This document shows positions 27,282 to 40,256 of a stretch of DNA of 64,000 nt, one piece after another. The notes under the pieces are model-generated. The model was not told the origin of the DNA and ran no database searches. It saw nothing but the letters and a program-made list of their open reading frames with translations. How positions within the stretch are numbered: the stretch's first letter is position 1; every line of letters starts with the position of its first letter. A program made the translations under genes and the position numbers. Source of the stretch: Angustibacter luteus (GTDB taxonomy: Bacteria; Actinomycetota; Actinomycetes; Actinomycetales; Angustibacteraceae); assembly GCF_039541115.1 (NCBI RefSeq), contig NZ_BAABFP010000007.1, positions 372,001 through 436,000 of the forward strand, in the 5' to 3' direction.

Positions 27282-28865
27282 TCAGCCCTGACGACCACCC
27301 AGGGTGCCCGGAAGGTTGCCCGACGGGCGCCATTTCGCCGGCGATTCCCCCGCCTGACCGGGCGCCCGCCGGGCCGCCTGCTCGGCCGCGGCGGCGATCC
27401 CGCGCTGCATCCCGCCGAACACGATGCCGTGGAACGGCTTGATGGCCTGCCAGTACGCCTGCCCGGCCAGCCCTCGCGGGGCGAAGATGGCCCGCTGGCG
27501 GAACACCACGCCGTCCGTCGGCGCGTCCTGCGGGCCGTCCGCGGCGTCCTGCGGCGACTCGACGATCAGCTCGAGCCAGGCGAGGCCCGGCAGCCGCATC
27601 TCGGCGCGCAGCCGCAGCAGGTGCAGGTCCTCGATCTCCTCCACCCGCCACCAGTCGAGGGCGTCGCCGACGGCCAGGTCGTAGCGGTTGCGCCGGCCGC
27701 GCCGCAGACCGGGACCGCCGCTGAGCCGGTCCAGCACGCCGCGAGCCCACCAACCCAGCGGCCAGCTGTACCAGCCGTTCTCACCGCCGATGCCCTCGAT
27801 GACCGACCACAACGCTTCCCGGGGTGCCTGTACCGGCGCGAAGCGTTCGTCGACGTAGAGCGTGCCGCCGGCCCAGTCCGGATCGCTGGGCAGCGGGTCG
27901 CTGGGCGTGCCGGGGATGCTGGCCGACGACCACGAGGTGTCCACGTCGTACGCCTGCACCTTGGCCAGCGCGAGCTCGAGCGCCCGGTCGAAGCCGACCA
28001 GGCCGCCGTCCGGGTCCGGGACGTAGCGCGCGATGTCGTGCTCCTTGCAGACCACCTCGTGCACCAGGGACTCGACCAGCGGACGGGCCAGGCTGTTCGG
28101 CACCGGGGTGACCACGCCGACCCAGTGGCTGGACAGCCGGGGCGTGAGCACGTTGACGGGGTAGATCCGTCGGCGCGGCAGCCCGGCTGCGGTCGCGTAC
28201 CGGCGCATCATCTCGCGGTAGGTCAGCACGTCCGGACCGCCGATGTCGAAGCCGCGGCTGACCTCGGGGTCCACCTGGGCGGCGCCCACGAGGTAGCGCA
28301 GCACGTCGCGGACGGCGATCGGCTGGATCTTGTTGTCGACCCAGCGCGGGGTGATCATCACCGGCAGCCGCTCGGTGAGGTACCGGAGCATCTCGAAGGA
28401 CGCCGAGCCCGAGCCGAGGATCACTGCCGCGCGCAGCACCGTGGTCGGCACCCCGGAGTCGAGCAGGATCTCGCCGACCTCCTTGCGGGAGTCCAGGTGC
28501 GGGGACAGGTCCTCGGTGTCGGGGTAGAGGCCGCCGAGGTACACCAGCCGCTGCGCGCCGCCGGCCCGGGCACCGCGGGCGAAGGAGCGGGCCATGTCAC
28601 GGTCGCGGCGTTCGAAGCGCTTGCCGGAGCCGAGGCTGTGCACCAGGTAGTAGGCGACATCCGTGCCCTCGACGGCCTTGGTGACGGTGTCGACGTCCCC
28701 GACGTCCCCCTCGATGATCTCGACGTCGTCGCGCCAGGGCCGGTCCCGGAGCTTGTCCGGGCTGCGGACCAGGCAGCGGACGTCGTACCCGGCCTTCAGC
28801 AGCTCGGGGACGAGGCGGCCGCCGATGTATCCGGTGGCGCCGGTGACGAGTGCGAGGGGAGGCAT
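27282..28865 (-). CDS. Atypical SDR NAD(P)-binding protein with DUF2867 (YbjT-like)
   Basis: VTGATGYIGG, GSGSASFE, IGGENGWY, LRAEMRLPG.AWL. Confidence 0.85.
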   Translation of the reverse strand: MPPLALVTGATGYIGGRLVPELLKAGYDVRCLVRSPDKLRDRPWRDDVEIIEGDVGDVDTVTKAVEGTDVAYYLVHSLGSGKRFERRDRDMARSFARGARAGGAQRLVYLGGLYPDTEDLSPHLDSRKEVGEILLDSGVPTTVLRAAVILGSGSASFEMLRYLTERLPVMITPRWVDNKIQPIAVRDVLRYLVGAAQVDPEVSRGFDIGGPDVLTYREMMRRYATAAGLPRRRIYPVNVLTPRLSSHWVGVVTPVPNSLARPLVESLVHEVVCKEHDIARYVPDPDGGLVGFDRALELALAKVQAYDVDTSWSSASIPGTPSDPLPSDPDWAGGTLYVDERFAPVQAPREALWSVIEGIGGENGWYSWPLGWWARGVLDRLSGGPGLRRGRRNRYDLAVGDALDWWRVEEIEDLHLLRLRAEMRLPGLAWLELIVESPQDAADGPQDAPTDGVVFRQRAIFAPRGLAGQAYWQAIKPFHGIVFGGMQRGIAAAAEQAARRAPGQAGESPAKWRPSGNLPGTLGGRQG

Positions 28866-28902
28866 GCCTCCACAGTGCCGCCCGCGCCGTCCGCGCGCCC
28901 GC

Positions 28903-29000
28903 TCACCGCAACGGTTCCGCCCCTCAGGCCGGTTTCACCGGTCCGAAACCGGCCTGAGCGGCGGAAACCGGCTTGAGTGGCGGAAGCGTGGGTGGGGGTG
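28903..29000. repeat. REP/MITE-like palindromic element, copy 2 (opposite orientation to copy 1)
   Basis: TTCCGCCCCTCAGGCCGGT...ACCGGCCTGAGCGGCGGAA ACCGGCTTGAGTGGCGGAA GCGTGGGTGGGGG. Confidence 0.85.
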
Positions 29001-29004
29001 GGAG

Positions 29005-29958
29005 CTAGACGGTGCCGCTGATGGTGCCAGGGCCGGCCGCTGCGCCGCCGGCCGGTGGGTACACCACCGGGGCGCGCACCCCGGCTGCGTCGAACGCCAC
29101 CTTGACCCGCTCGCGGATGGCGCGCTGGACGCCCCACTGCTCGTTCGGCTCGGTCTTGGCGATCACGCGGATCGTCACGGTGGACCCGGTGATCTGCTCG
29201 ACCCCCGCGACGGTCGGCGCGTCCAGGATGATCCCGGCGAACGACTCGTCCGCGTACACCTGCGCGACGACGTCGCTGATGACCTGCTTCGCGCGCTCGA
29301 TGTCCTCGGCGTAGGCGACCGGGATGTCCACGATCGCCGTCGACCAGCCCTGGCTCTTGTTCGCGACCCGGACGATCTCGCCGTTGCGCACGTACCAGGC
29401 GACCCCGCTGCCGTCGCGCAGCTTCGTGATGCGCAGCGTGACCTCCTCGACCGTGCCGACGGCCTCGCCGGTGTCGATCAGGTCACCCACGCCGTACTGG
29501 TCCTCCAGCAGCATGAAGATGCCGGACAGGTAGTCCTTGACCAGGCTCTGCGCCCCGAAACCCAGCGCCACACCGGCCACCCCGGCCGAGGCGAGCACCG
29601 GCGCGAGGTTGAAGCCGAGCTCGCTCAGGATCATCAGGAACGCGATGCCGAAGACCACCCCGGTGATCACGCTGCCCAGCACCGAACCCAGCGTCTCGGT
29701 GCGCGCGCGCCGGCGCTCGTTCAGGGCGCCGGTCGCGGACACCAGCACCCGGGTCGCGCGGTTCTCCGCCAGCTTGTCGGTGGACTGCACCGTCCCGCGG
29801 ATCAGTCGCCGCAGCAGCCGCAGCAGGATGAACCGGATGACCGCCGCGACGAACAGGATCGTGAGGATCCGGACGAGCGGCGGGACGACGTTCTCGGTCA
29901 GCCAGGTGGGGAGGTTCTTGGCGTCGGCAGCGGAGAACTCGGTGAGCGCGTGGAGCAC
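29005..29958 (-). CDS. Small-conductance mechanosensitive channel (MscS/YbiO-like)
   Basis: AGVAGVALGFGAQSLVKD, EDQYGVGD, GTVEEVTLR, NGEI. Confidence 0.92.
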   Translation of the reverse strand: MLHALTEFSAADAKNLPTWLTENVVPPLVRILTILFVAAVIRFILLRLLRRLIRGTVQSTDKLAENRATRVLVSATGALNERRRARTETLGSVLGSVITGVVFGIAFLMILSELGFNLAPVLASAGVAGVALGFGAQSLVKDYLSGIFMLLEDQYGVGDLIDTGEAVGTVEEVTLRITKLRDGSGVAWYVRNGEIVRVANKSQGWSTAIVDIPVAYAEDIERAKQVISDVVAQVYADESFAGIILDAPTVAGVEQITGSTVTIRVIAKTEPNEQWGVQRAIRERVKVAFDAAGVRAPVVYPPAGGAAAGPGTISGTV

Positions 29959-30077
29959 GGGGAGGGGACCTCCTGGTCGTCGGATCCCTGCTTCGGGCAG
30001 CCTCCCAGGCTACGGGCCGACCCGGGAAGGACCGAACAGCGGCGTGTCAGCCCACCCCTGAGCCCCAGGCGAGCCCG

Positions 30078-32204
30078 TCAGCCCAGCGCGAGCCCGGTGT
30101 GGTGCGCAGCGAACGCCAGCGCGTCCGCGGTGAGCTCCACGGACTTCGAGATCGCCCGCCCGCCGTGCCCGACGTTCGCCTCGGCGCGCACCAGGATGGG
30201 CGCCTCATCCGGACCCACGGACGTCGCGTGCTGCATGGCCGCCGCGAGCTTGCGGGCGTGCAGCGGGTCCACCCGGGTGTCCCCGGCGAACACGGTGAAC
30301 AGCGTCGCCGGGTAGTGGGTGCCCTCGACGACGCGGTGGTAGGGCGAGTAGCCGAGCAGCCAGCCCAGCTGCTCGGGGTCGGCCGCCGTCCCGTACTCGC
30401 TCGCCCAGGTCGCGCCCAGGCCGAACTTCTCGTACCGCACCATGTCCAGCAGCGGTGCCGAGCACACCACGGCGGCGAACAGCTCCGGCCGCTGGGTCAC
30501 GGCCGCGCCGACCAGCAACCCGCCGTTCGAGCCGCCGCTGATCGACAGCTGCTCGGTCGTCGTCCACCCCTGCTCGATGAGGAACTCGGCCGCGGCGTGG
30601 AAGTCGTCGAAGACGTTCTGCTTGTGGCCGAGCATGCCGTCCCGGTGCCAGTCCTCGCCCTCCTCGCCGCCGCCGCGCAGGCCGGCCACGGCGTACACGC
30701 CGCCGGCCTCGACCCAGGCGAGGATGCCGGCGGAGTACCCGGGGGTGAGCGGCAGGCCGAAGCCGCCGTAGCCGTAGAGCACGGTCGGGCGCGGGCGGTC
30801 CGCCTCGGCGGTGGGCGACACGACCAGCAGCCGGACCTCGGTGCCGTCCTTGCTCCGGTAGACCAGCTGTTGGGTGCTCACCGTGGGCACGTCCACCGAG
30901 CCCGGCGCAGTCGCCCACGTCGACGTCTCGCCGGTCCTCGCGTCGAAGCGCAGCACGCTGCTCGGCGTGACCGAGTCGGTGTACCCGATCCAGACCTCGT
31001 GGCCGCCCTCGGGGTGCTCGCTCAGCCCGCCGACCGAACCGACGCCGGGCAGCGGCACCTCGCCCACCCGGACGCCGGTCGCGAGCTCGTGCACGGTCAG
31101 CTCGCCGACGGCGTGCCGGGTCCAGGCGACGACGCACAGCGCGGTGTCCAGCGCGTCGCCGTCCAGCACCGCGAAGCCCTCGAGCACGGCCTCGTCGTCC
31201 TGCCCGACGAGGTCGACCCAGTTCTCGTACGCCGGGGCGCTCGGGTCGACGACCGCGATGCGGCCGCGCGGGGCGTCCCGGTCGGTGAACACGTAGCCCC
31301 GGCCGTCCCGGCCGACGGACAGGCTGGTCTGGGCGTCCACGTCGCTGGACTGGACGACGACCAGCTCGGGCGCCTCGACGGAGCCGGCGTGCAGGTCGGC
31401 CAGCCACAGGTCGTTCGTCGGCGCCGTGCCGGCCGAGGCGGTGACGCTGAGCCAGCGCCCGTCCATCGACACCGACACCCCGTAGTAGTTCGTCTTCTCC
31501 AGCCCCTCGCCGAAGACCAGCACGTCGTCGTCCGCGCTGGTGCCGACGCGGTGCAGCCAGACCCGGCGGTGGTACTGCTGCTCGTCGGCCGGCAGGTGGG
31601 CGGTGTCGATCCGCCGCACGTAGTAGAACGCCTCGCCGCCGGGCAGCCAGGCGACGGGGGAGTAGCGGGCCCGGTCGATCGGACCGTCCACGAGCTCACC
31701 GGTCGCGACGTCCAGGACCCGCAGCACCGACTCCTCGCGGCCACCCTCGCTCAGCTGGTAGGCGAGCAGGTGGCCCTCCTTGCTGGGCTGCCAGCTGTCC
31801 AGCGTGGTGGCGCCGGACGGGTCGATCACCATCGGGTCCAGCAGCACCCGCTCGGTGCCGTCGCCGTCCACCACCAGCAGCAGCGCGTGCTCCTGCCCGG
31901 CCGTGCGGCGGATCACGAACTGGCGGTCGCCGCGCCAGGCCGGGGCGCTGACGACGCCCGCGCCGAGCAGCTCGGTGACCCGGCTGCGCAGGTGCTCGCG
32001 CCCGCCCCACTGCTCGCGGTGCTCGGCGAGCAGCTCGTCCTGCGCGCGGGACCACGCCTGCGTCGCCTCGGCCGCGTCGTCCTCCAGCCAGCGGTACGGG
32101 TCCGCCACGTCGTGGGTCGGGTCGGACTCGGGGAGGCGCTCGACGAGGTCGAGGCGCTCCGCCTGCGGGTAGTCCTGGGTCGGCAGAGGTGCGGTGGACG
32201 CCAT
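30078..32204 (-). CDS. Prolyl oligopeptidase (S9A)
   Basis: [28 protein letters not shown]. Confidence 0.93.
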   Translation of the reverse strand: MASTAPLPTQDYPQAERLDLVERLPESDPTHDVADPYRWLEDDAAEATQAWSRAQDELLAEHREQWGGREHLRSRVTELLGAGVVSAPAWRGDRQFVIRRTAGQEHALLLVVDGDGTERVLLDPMVIDPSGATTLDSWQPSKEGHLLAYQLSEGGREESVLRVLDVATGELVDGPIDRARYSPVAWLPGGEAFYYVRRIDTAHLPADEQQYHRRVWLHRVGTSADDDVLVFGEGLEKTNYYGVSVSMDGRWLSVTASAGTAPTNDLWLADLHAGSVEAPELVVVQSSDVDAQTSLSVGRDGRGYVFTDRDAPRGRIAVVDPSAPAYENWVDLVGQDDEAVLEGFAVLDGDALDTALCVVAWTRHAVGELTVHELATGVRVGEVPLPGVGSVGGLSEHPEGGHEVWIGYTDSVTPSSVLRFDARTGETSTWATAPGSVDVPTVSTQQLVYRSKDGTEVRLLVVSPTAEADRPRPTVLYGYGGFGLPLTPGYSAGILAWVEAGGVYAVAGLRGGGEEGEDWHRDGMLGHKQNVFDDFHAAAEFLIEQGWTTTEQLSISGGSNGGLLVGAAVTQRPELFAAVVCSAPLLDMVRYEKFGLGATWASEYGTAADPEQLGWLLGYSPYHRVVEGTHYPATLFTVFAGDTRVDPLHARKLAAAMQHATSVGPDEAPILVRAEANVGHGGRAISKSVELTADALAFAAHHTGLALG

Positions 32205-32278
32205 GTCGGGCAGCCTACGTGGCAGGATCGGACGCTGCACCGCCCTTCCCCGCACGACCGAACCCCTTGCGAGCTCCC

Positions 32279-34414
32279 GTGACTGACGCCCGGCACGAAC
32301 CGCCCAGCCGAGAGCTGGTCGATCTCGCGCGCCGCTTCGGGGTCGCCACCGAGTACTGGAGCTGGACGGGCGAGCACGTCCTGGTGTCAGCCTCGACGGT
32401 GCGCGCGGTGCTGGCGGCGCTCGGGGTCGACGCGTCGGACGACGAGGCCGCCCAGCAGTCGCTGCACCTCGCCGACGAGGCGCCGTGGCGCCGGGTGCTG
32501 CCACCCGTCGTGGTGACGCGCAGCGGCTGGACGCCGTGGGTGCCGGTGCACCTCCCGCACGGCAGCTCCGTGCTCGCCTGGATCGAGCTCGAGGGCGGCG
32601 GACGGCGCGAGCTCGAGCAGCGCGACCACTGGGTCGAGCCACGGGTGCTCGAGGGTCAGCAGGTGGGCGAGGCGACCTTCGAGGTGCCGGCCGACCTGCC
32701 GCTGGGCTGGCACCGGTTGGTGGCCCGGGTGGCCGGCCGGACGTCGTCCTGCCCGTTGGTGGTCACCCCGGCCCAGCTGACCATGCCCGCCGCCCTGACC
32801 GGCGAGGGTCGGGCCTGGGGCTTCATGACGCAGCTGTACTCGGTGCGCTCGTGCCGGTCCTGGGGCATCGGGGACCTGGACGACCTGGCGGAGCTGGCCG
32901 TCTGGAGCGCGGCCGACCTGGGCGCCGACTTCGTGCTGACCAACCCGCTGCACGCCGCGGAGCCGGTCGGCGAGATGGAGCCCTCGCCGTACCTGCCCAC
33001 CACCCGGCGGTTCGTGAACCCGCTGTACATCCGGGTCGAGGCGATCCCTGAGGTGGGGGCCATGCCCTCGGCCCAGCGCCAGCTCATCGAGTGGCAGGCC
33101 GACGCCGCGCAGCAGGCCAACGCCGCCGACGGGCTCGACCGGGACGCCTGCTGGCAGGCCAAGCGGTCCGCCCTCGAGCAGGTCCACGAGCAGGGACGCA
33201 CGCTGGGTCGTGAGCGCGAGTTCGAGGCGTTCTGCGTCGAGCAGGGCCAGGGCCTGGTGGACTTCGCCACCTGGTGCGCGCTCGCCGAGGAGCACGGACT
33301 GCCCTGGGGGCAGTGGCCCGTCGAGCTGCACGACCCGACGTCCGACGCCGTCGCCGACGAGCGCGACCGGCTGGCCGAGCGGGTCGACTTCTACCGCTGG
33401 CTGCAGTGGGTGGCCGACGAGCAGCTGGCGTCGGCGCACCGGCGCGCCCGGGCCGCCGGGATGTCGCTCGGCGTCGTCCACGACCTGGCCGTCGGCGTGC
33501 ACCCCGAGGGCGCCGACGTGTGGGGGCTGCGGGACGCGCTCGCGCACGGCGTCACGGTCGGTGCGCCGCCGGACGCGTTCAACCAGCAGGGCCAGGACTG
33601 GTCGCAGCCGCCGTGGCGTCCGGACCAGCTCGCCGAGCTCGGCTACGCGCCGTACCGGGATATGCTGCGCACCGTGCTGCGGCACGCCGGCGGGGTGCGC
33701 GTCGACCACGTGCTGGGGCTGTTCCGGCTCTGGTGGGTGCCGGACGGCCACCCGCCGACCGAGGGCACCTACGTCCGGTACGACCACGAGGCGCTGGTCG
33801 GCATCCTGGCGCTGGAGGCGCACCGGGCCGGCGCCGTCGTGATCGGGGAGGACCTGGGCGTCGTCGAGCCGTGGGTGCGCACCTACCTGAGCGAGCGCGG
33901 GGTGCTCGGGACGTCGATCCTGTGGTTCGAGAAGGACGACGACGGCGAGCCGCTGCCGCCCGAGAAGTGGCGCGAGCTGTGCCTGGCCACCGTGACGACG
34001 CACGACCTGCCGCCCACCGCCGGGTACCTGGCCGGCGTGCACGTGGACCTGCGCGAGTCGCTGGGGCTGCTGACCCGTCCCGTCGAGCAGGAGCGGGAGA
34101 TCGACGAGGCCGAGCGCGAGTCCGTGCTGGCGATGCTGGTGGCGCGCGGGCTGCTCGCGCCGGGGTCGGGGGAGCGCGAGACCGTCGAGGCCCTGCACCG
34201 GTTCCTGACCTGGACGCCGTCGCGGCTGCTGGGCGTCTCGCTGTCCGACGCCGTCGGGGACCGGCGGACCATCAACCAGCCCGGCACCGACGAGGAGTAC
34301 CCGAACTGGCGGGTGCCGCTGGCGGACCCGTCCGGTCAGCCGCTGCTGCTCGACGACGTCGTCCGGGACCGTCGCGCGCGCTCGCTGGCGCGCGCCGTCC
34401 GCACCACCGGCTGA
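32279..34414 (+). CDS. malQ: 4-alpha-glucanotransferase (GH77)
   Basis: QLYSVRS, SPYLP, HDLAVG, GAPPD, RVDHVLG, GEDLG, TTHD, NQPGT..EYPNW. Confidence 0.93.
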   Translation: MTDARHEPPSRELVDLARRFGVATEYWSWTGEHVLVSASTVRAVLAALGVDASDDEAAQQSLHLADEAPWRRVLPPVVVTRSGWTPWVPVHLPHGSSVLAWIELEGGGRRELEQRDHWVEPRVLEGQQVGEATFEVPADLPLGWHRLVARVAGRTSSCPLVVTPAQLTMPAALTGEGRAWGFMTQLYSVRSCRSWGIGDLDDLAELAVWSAADLGADFVLTNPLHAAEPVGEMEPSPYLPTTRRFVNPLYIRVEAIPEVGAMPSAQRQLIEWQADAAQQANAADGLDRDACWQAKRSALEQVHEQGRTLGREREFEAFCVEQGQGLVDFATWCALAEEHGLPWGQWPVELHDPTSDAVADERDRLAERVDFYRWLQWVADEQLASAHRRARAAGMSLGVVHDLAVGVHPEGADVWGLRDALAHGVTVGAPPDAFNQQGQDWSQPPWRPDQLAELGYAPYRDMLRTVLRHAGGVRVDHVLGLFRLWWVPDGHPPTEGTYVRYDHEALVGILALEAHRAGAVVIGEDLGVVEPWVRTYLSERGVLGTSILWFEKDDDGEPLPPEKWRELCLATVTTHDLPPTAGYLAGVHVDLRESLGLLTRPVEQEREIDEAERESVLAMLVARGLLAPGSGERETVEALHRFLTWTPSRLLGVSLSDAVGDRRTINQPGTDEEYPNWRVPLADPSGQPLLLDDVVRDRRARSLARAVRTTG

Positions 34415-34537
34415 CCCCCCACCACACGCGCTTCCGCCGCTCAAGCCGCTTTTCGCCGCCCAGTCCGCTCCGGAGGGGTCCGGAAGCGGCCCAAGAGGCG
34501 GAAAGCGGCCTGAGCGGCGGAACTGTGGTGTTGCGGG
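34415..34537. repeat. REP/MITE-like palindromic element, copy 3
   Basis: Two direct plus two inverted 19-nt units between convergent malQ and pepN. Confidence 0.85.
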
Positions 34538-37090
<2,553 letters not shown>

Positions 37091-37186
37091 AGGGGACTTC
37101 CGTTCCTCGGGATCGACGGGTGCAGCCCGGACGACGACGGCGGTGGCGGCGTCCCGCGCGGGGCGATCCATGGTCCCACGGATCTC

Positions 37187-37212
37187 GGAATGTCCCAACG
37201 CGGTTCGGGGTT
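37187..37212 (+). promoter_or_regulatory. SigR/SigH-type promoter
   Basis: GGAAT-N18-GTT upstream of the Rv2466c-like gene. Confidence 0.75.
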
Positions 37213-37285
37213 GCCGCCATCAGGGCCCGGAATGGGCCCACTGGCCCGAACCCTGACCGCGAACCCTGGAGCGAATGTGCCTGCT

Positions 37286-37897
37286 GTGACCACCGAGACC
37301 TCGTCCGTCGACTTCTGGTTCGACCCGCTCTGCCCGTGGGCGTGGATGACGTCCCGGTGGATCGGTGAGGTCGAGAAGGTGCGCGACATCGAGGTCACCT
37401 GGCACGTGATGAGCCTGGCCGTCCTGAACGAGGGCCGCGACCTGCCCGAGGACTACCGCGAGATGATGGACAGGGCCTGGGGGCCGGTCCGGGTGGTCAT
37501 CGCCGCGCAGAAGCAGTACGGCGACGACGTCGTGAAGAAGCTGTACGACGCCATCGGCACCCGGGTGCACCCGGGCGGCGAGAAGGACCTGCTGGCCGCG
37601 ACCAAGGCCGCGCTGGCCGAGCTCGACCTGTCGGCCGACCTGATCGACGCCGCGGACAGCACCGACTTCGACGAGGCGCTGCGGGCCAGCCACCAGGAGG
37701 GCATCGACCTCGTCGGCGAGGACGTCGGCACCCCGGTCGTGTCCGTGAACGGCGTCGCGTTCTTCGGCCCGGTCGTGACCCCCGCCCCCGAGGGTGAGGA
37801 CGCCGGCCGGCTGTGGGACGGCTGCGTGCTCGTCGCCGGCACCCCGGGCTTCTACGAGCTCAAGCGCACCCGCACGCAGGGCCCCATCTTCGACTGA
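37286..37897 (+). CDS. DsbA-like protein, Rv2466c/mycoredoxin-2 family
   Basis: [35 protein letters not shown]; located between pepN and rpiB. Confidence 0.88.
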   Translation: MTTETSSVDFWFDPLCPWAWMTSRWIGEVEKVRDIEVTWHVMSLAVLNEGRDLPEDYREMMDRAWGPVRVVIAAQKQYGDDVVKKLYDAIGTRVHPGGEKDLLAATKAALAELDLSADLIDAADSTDFDEALRASHQEGIDLVGEDVGTPVVSVNGVAFFGPVVTPAPEGEDAGRLWDGCVLVAGTPGFYELKRTRTQGPIFD

Positions 37898-37974
37898 CCG
37901 GTCCCCGGTCGACCCAGGTCAACCCGACCGGACGGGGCTGACCGTTGCGCGCCGGTTGGTGCCATGCTGAGGGC

Positions 37975-38454
37975 ATGCGCGTCCACATCGGCGGTGACCA
38001 CGCCGCGTACGACCTGAAGGTGCACCTCGTGAACCACCTGCTCGCGCAGGGGTTCGACGTGGTCGACCACGGGCCCGACCGGTTCGATCCCGACGACGAC
38101 TACCCGGTGGCGGTGCTGCGCGCCGCCACCGGCGTCCGCTCCGACGAGGGCAGTCTCGGCGTCGTGCTCGGCGGATCGGGCAACGGCGAGCAGATCGCGG
38201 CGAACAAGGTGCTCGGCATCCGCGCCGCCCTGGCCTGGAGCGTCGAGACCGCCCAGCTCGCCCGCGAGCACAACGACGCGCAGGTCGTCTCGATCGGCGC
38301 CCGCATGCACTCGCTCGAGGACGCTGCGGCGATCGTCGACGCCTTCCTCGCCACGACCTTCACCAAGGACGAGCGGCACCGTCGCCGGCTCGCCATGGTC
38401 ACCCGGTACGAGGACCACGAGGAGCTGCCGCCCTGGCCGGGGGCCGAGGGCTGA
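37975..38454 (+). CDS. rpiB: Ribose-5-phosphate isomerase B
   Basis: GDHA, DDYP, GGSGNGEQIAANKV, AREHN, RHRRR. Confidence 0.93.
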   Translation: MRVHIGGDHAAYDLKVHLVNHLLAQGFDVVDHGPDRFDPDDDYPVAVLRAATGVRSDEGSLGVVLGGSGNGEQIAANKVLGIRAALAWSVETAQLAREHNDAQVVSIGARMHSLEDAAAIVDAFLATTFTKDERHRRRLAMVTRYEDHEELPPWPGAEG

Positions 38455-38458
38455 CCGC

Positions 38459-39745
38459 TCAGAAGCCGTAGGTGGTGGCCGGCTCGATCGCGGAGCGCAT
38501 CGCGGTCGACAGCCGGGCCAGCGCGCCCGGCGTGTGCTCCTGCACCAGCCCGGCCGCGCCCGCGGCGGCGAGCGAGGCACCACCGGGAAGCGCGGCGCCG
38601 AGCTCGCGGACGTCGAGCGTCAGGTCGGGGGCGTCGTTCGTGCGCTCGCACGTGGCGCCGTCCGCTGCGCCCACGAGCCGCCAGGTGCCGGCGTTCCACG
38701 GGCACAGCCCGTCGGTCACGGCCAGGACGACGTCCACGTCGATCGCGTAACCGCGGGAGGTCAGCGCCCGGTCCAGGTCGACGACGCGCAGGAACAGCTC
38801 GTCGGTCCGGGTGGGCTTGATCGTCCGGGCGTCCGGCAGCCAGGCCAGCAGCGGGTGGTCCGTCGCCACCCGGTAGGCGATCGTCGCGCTGGTCAGGTCG
38901 AAGTCGGCGACCGCCTGCCAGAGCCGCCGCTCGGTCACCACGTCGGTTGCGGCCAGCTCGAGCACCCGGGTCGTGCCGTCCGGGGCGTGGTCCGTCCACT
39001 TCATGTCGCGCTGCACCAGCGCGTACCCGGTCGGCCGGCCCTCGCGGTCGGCCACCAGGATCCGCAGCGGCTCCTCCTTCTCCAGCTCCCGCGGGGTCTG
39101 CCGGAACCGGCCGCGGTTCAGGGCCGCCGTCCGGTCGACCATGCCGGGACGGCGCGCGCACGACCGGGTGTAGAGGTCGGCGACGAGCGCGCCGTGCGCC
39201 TCGACGTCCGCGGTGGCGAACCTGACCCGCAGGCCCTCGTCGTCCGGTGCGGCGGGGGCGTCCCGCAGGGTGAGTCCCCGGCCGAGCGAGACCGCGTAGC
39301 CGACCGTGGCGAGGCCGTAGCCGAACCGCGGGTAGATCGACGCCTCCGACGCGTGCAGACCGGACAGCGCCTCCTCGCCGCGCGCGTGCACCTCGTGCAG
39401 GTGGTGCCGCATCATCGCGGAGAGCACGCCCCGACGCCGGTAGCCCGGGTGCACCGACACCCAGCTCAGCCCGGCCATCGGTCGCGACACCGTGCCGGTG
39501 CCGAGCTCGCCGGTGGGCAGCACGACCCGCAGGCTGTACGTGCTGTTCACCCCGACCAGCTCGCCGTCGTCCGCCCGGACGCCGAACGTGCGGTCCCACT
39601 CGAAGTAGTCGAGCTCGTGGCCGGGGTCGTCGGGGAAGACGAACGCAGCCTGGTCGAGCCAGCGCACCTCTCGGTCCTGCTCCCTCGCGATCGCCACGAC
39701 GGAGCCGGGGACGCTGGGGACGACGGGCAGGTCGGCGGAGGACAT
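38459..39745 (-). CDS. Eis-like GNAT acetyltransferase
   Basis: VSVHPGYRRRG, LHASEASIYPRFGYG, LRVVD, CPWNAG, C-terminal F. Confidence 0.88.
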   Translation of the reverse strand: MSSADLPVVPSVPGSVVAIAREQDREVRWLDQAAFVFPDDPGHELDYFEWDRTFGVRADDGELVGVNSTYSLRVVLPTGELGTGTVSRPMAGLSWVSVHPGYRRRGVLSAMMRHHLHEVHARGEEALSGLHASEASIYPRFGYGLATVGYAVSLGRGLTLRDAPAAPDDEGLRVRFATADVEAHGALVADLYTRSCARRPGMVDRTAALNRGRFRQTPRELEKEEPLRILVADREGRPTGYALVQRDMKWTDHAPDGTTRVLELAATDVVTERRLWQAVADFDLTSATIAYRVATDHPLLAWLPDARTIKPTRTDELFLRVVDLDRALTSRGYAIDVDVVLAVTDGLCPWNAGTWRLVGAADGATCERTNDAPDLTLDVRELGAALPGGASLAAAGAAGLVQEHTPGALARLSTAMRSAIEPATTYGF

Positions 39746-39808
39746 CTGCCCAGCCTGGCCAGGACGGACCGCCGCGCGCAACGCCTTTGTCTGGCTAGGG
39801 TCGCGCTC

Positions 39809-40177
39809 ATGAGACTCGTGCAGGTCGCGGTAGGTGTGCAGGATCTCGACCGCGCGGTCGCGTTCTACCGGGACGTCGTCGGGCTGGCCCACCGCGCGAC
39901 CTACGACCCGCCCGGGCTGGCGTTCTTCGACCTGGACGGCGTCCGGCTGCTGCTGGACCGCGGCGCGCCCGCCAGCCTCGTGTACCTCGGCGTCGAGGAC
40001 CTGCCGGCGACCGTGGCGCGGCTGCGCGCGGCCGGTGTCGTCGTCGAGGGCGAGCCGCACGTCATCTTCACCCACGACGACGACACGCTGGGACCGGCCA
40101 GGACGGCGGAGTGGATGGCGTTCGTCCGGGACAGCGAGCAGAACCTGCTGGGGCTGGTGGAGCAGCGCGCCGTCTGA
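39809..40177 (+). CDS. VOC/glyoxalase-family protein
   Basis: VQDLDRAVAFYRDVVG, LAFFD, MAFVRDSEQN. Confidence 0.85.
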   Translation: MRLVQVAVGVQDLDRAVAFYRDVVGLAHRATYDPPGLAFFDLDGVRLLLDRGAPASLVYLGVEDLPATVARLRAAGVVVEGEPHVIFTHDDDTLGPARTAEWMAFVRDSEQNLLGLVEQRAV

Positions 40178-40256
40178 GGGCCTGGTGGGACGGCGCGCCA
40201 GGTCATGTGTCGGTCAAGTCCCCGGCCTGCGCCCTGACCATCAGTAGGGTTTCGGC

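Noticed and set aside
27290..27320. GCAAC...CGTC as an autoregulatory SigE promoter
   Set aside because: The 21-nt spacer is too long, and the alternative -10 (GGTC) is weak.
25638..34537. 19-nt repeats as a CRISPR array
   Set aside because: The units abut or are inverted, there are no unique spacers, and there are no cas genes.
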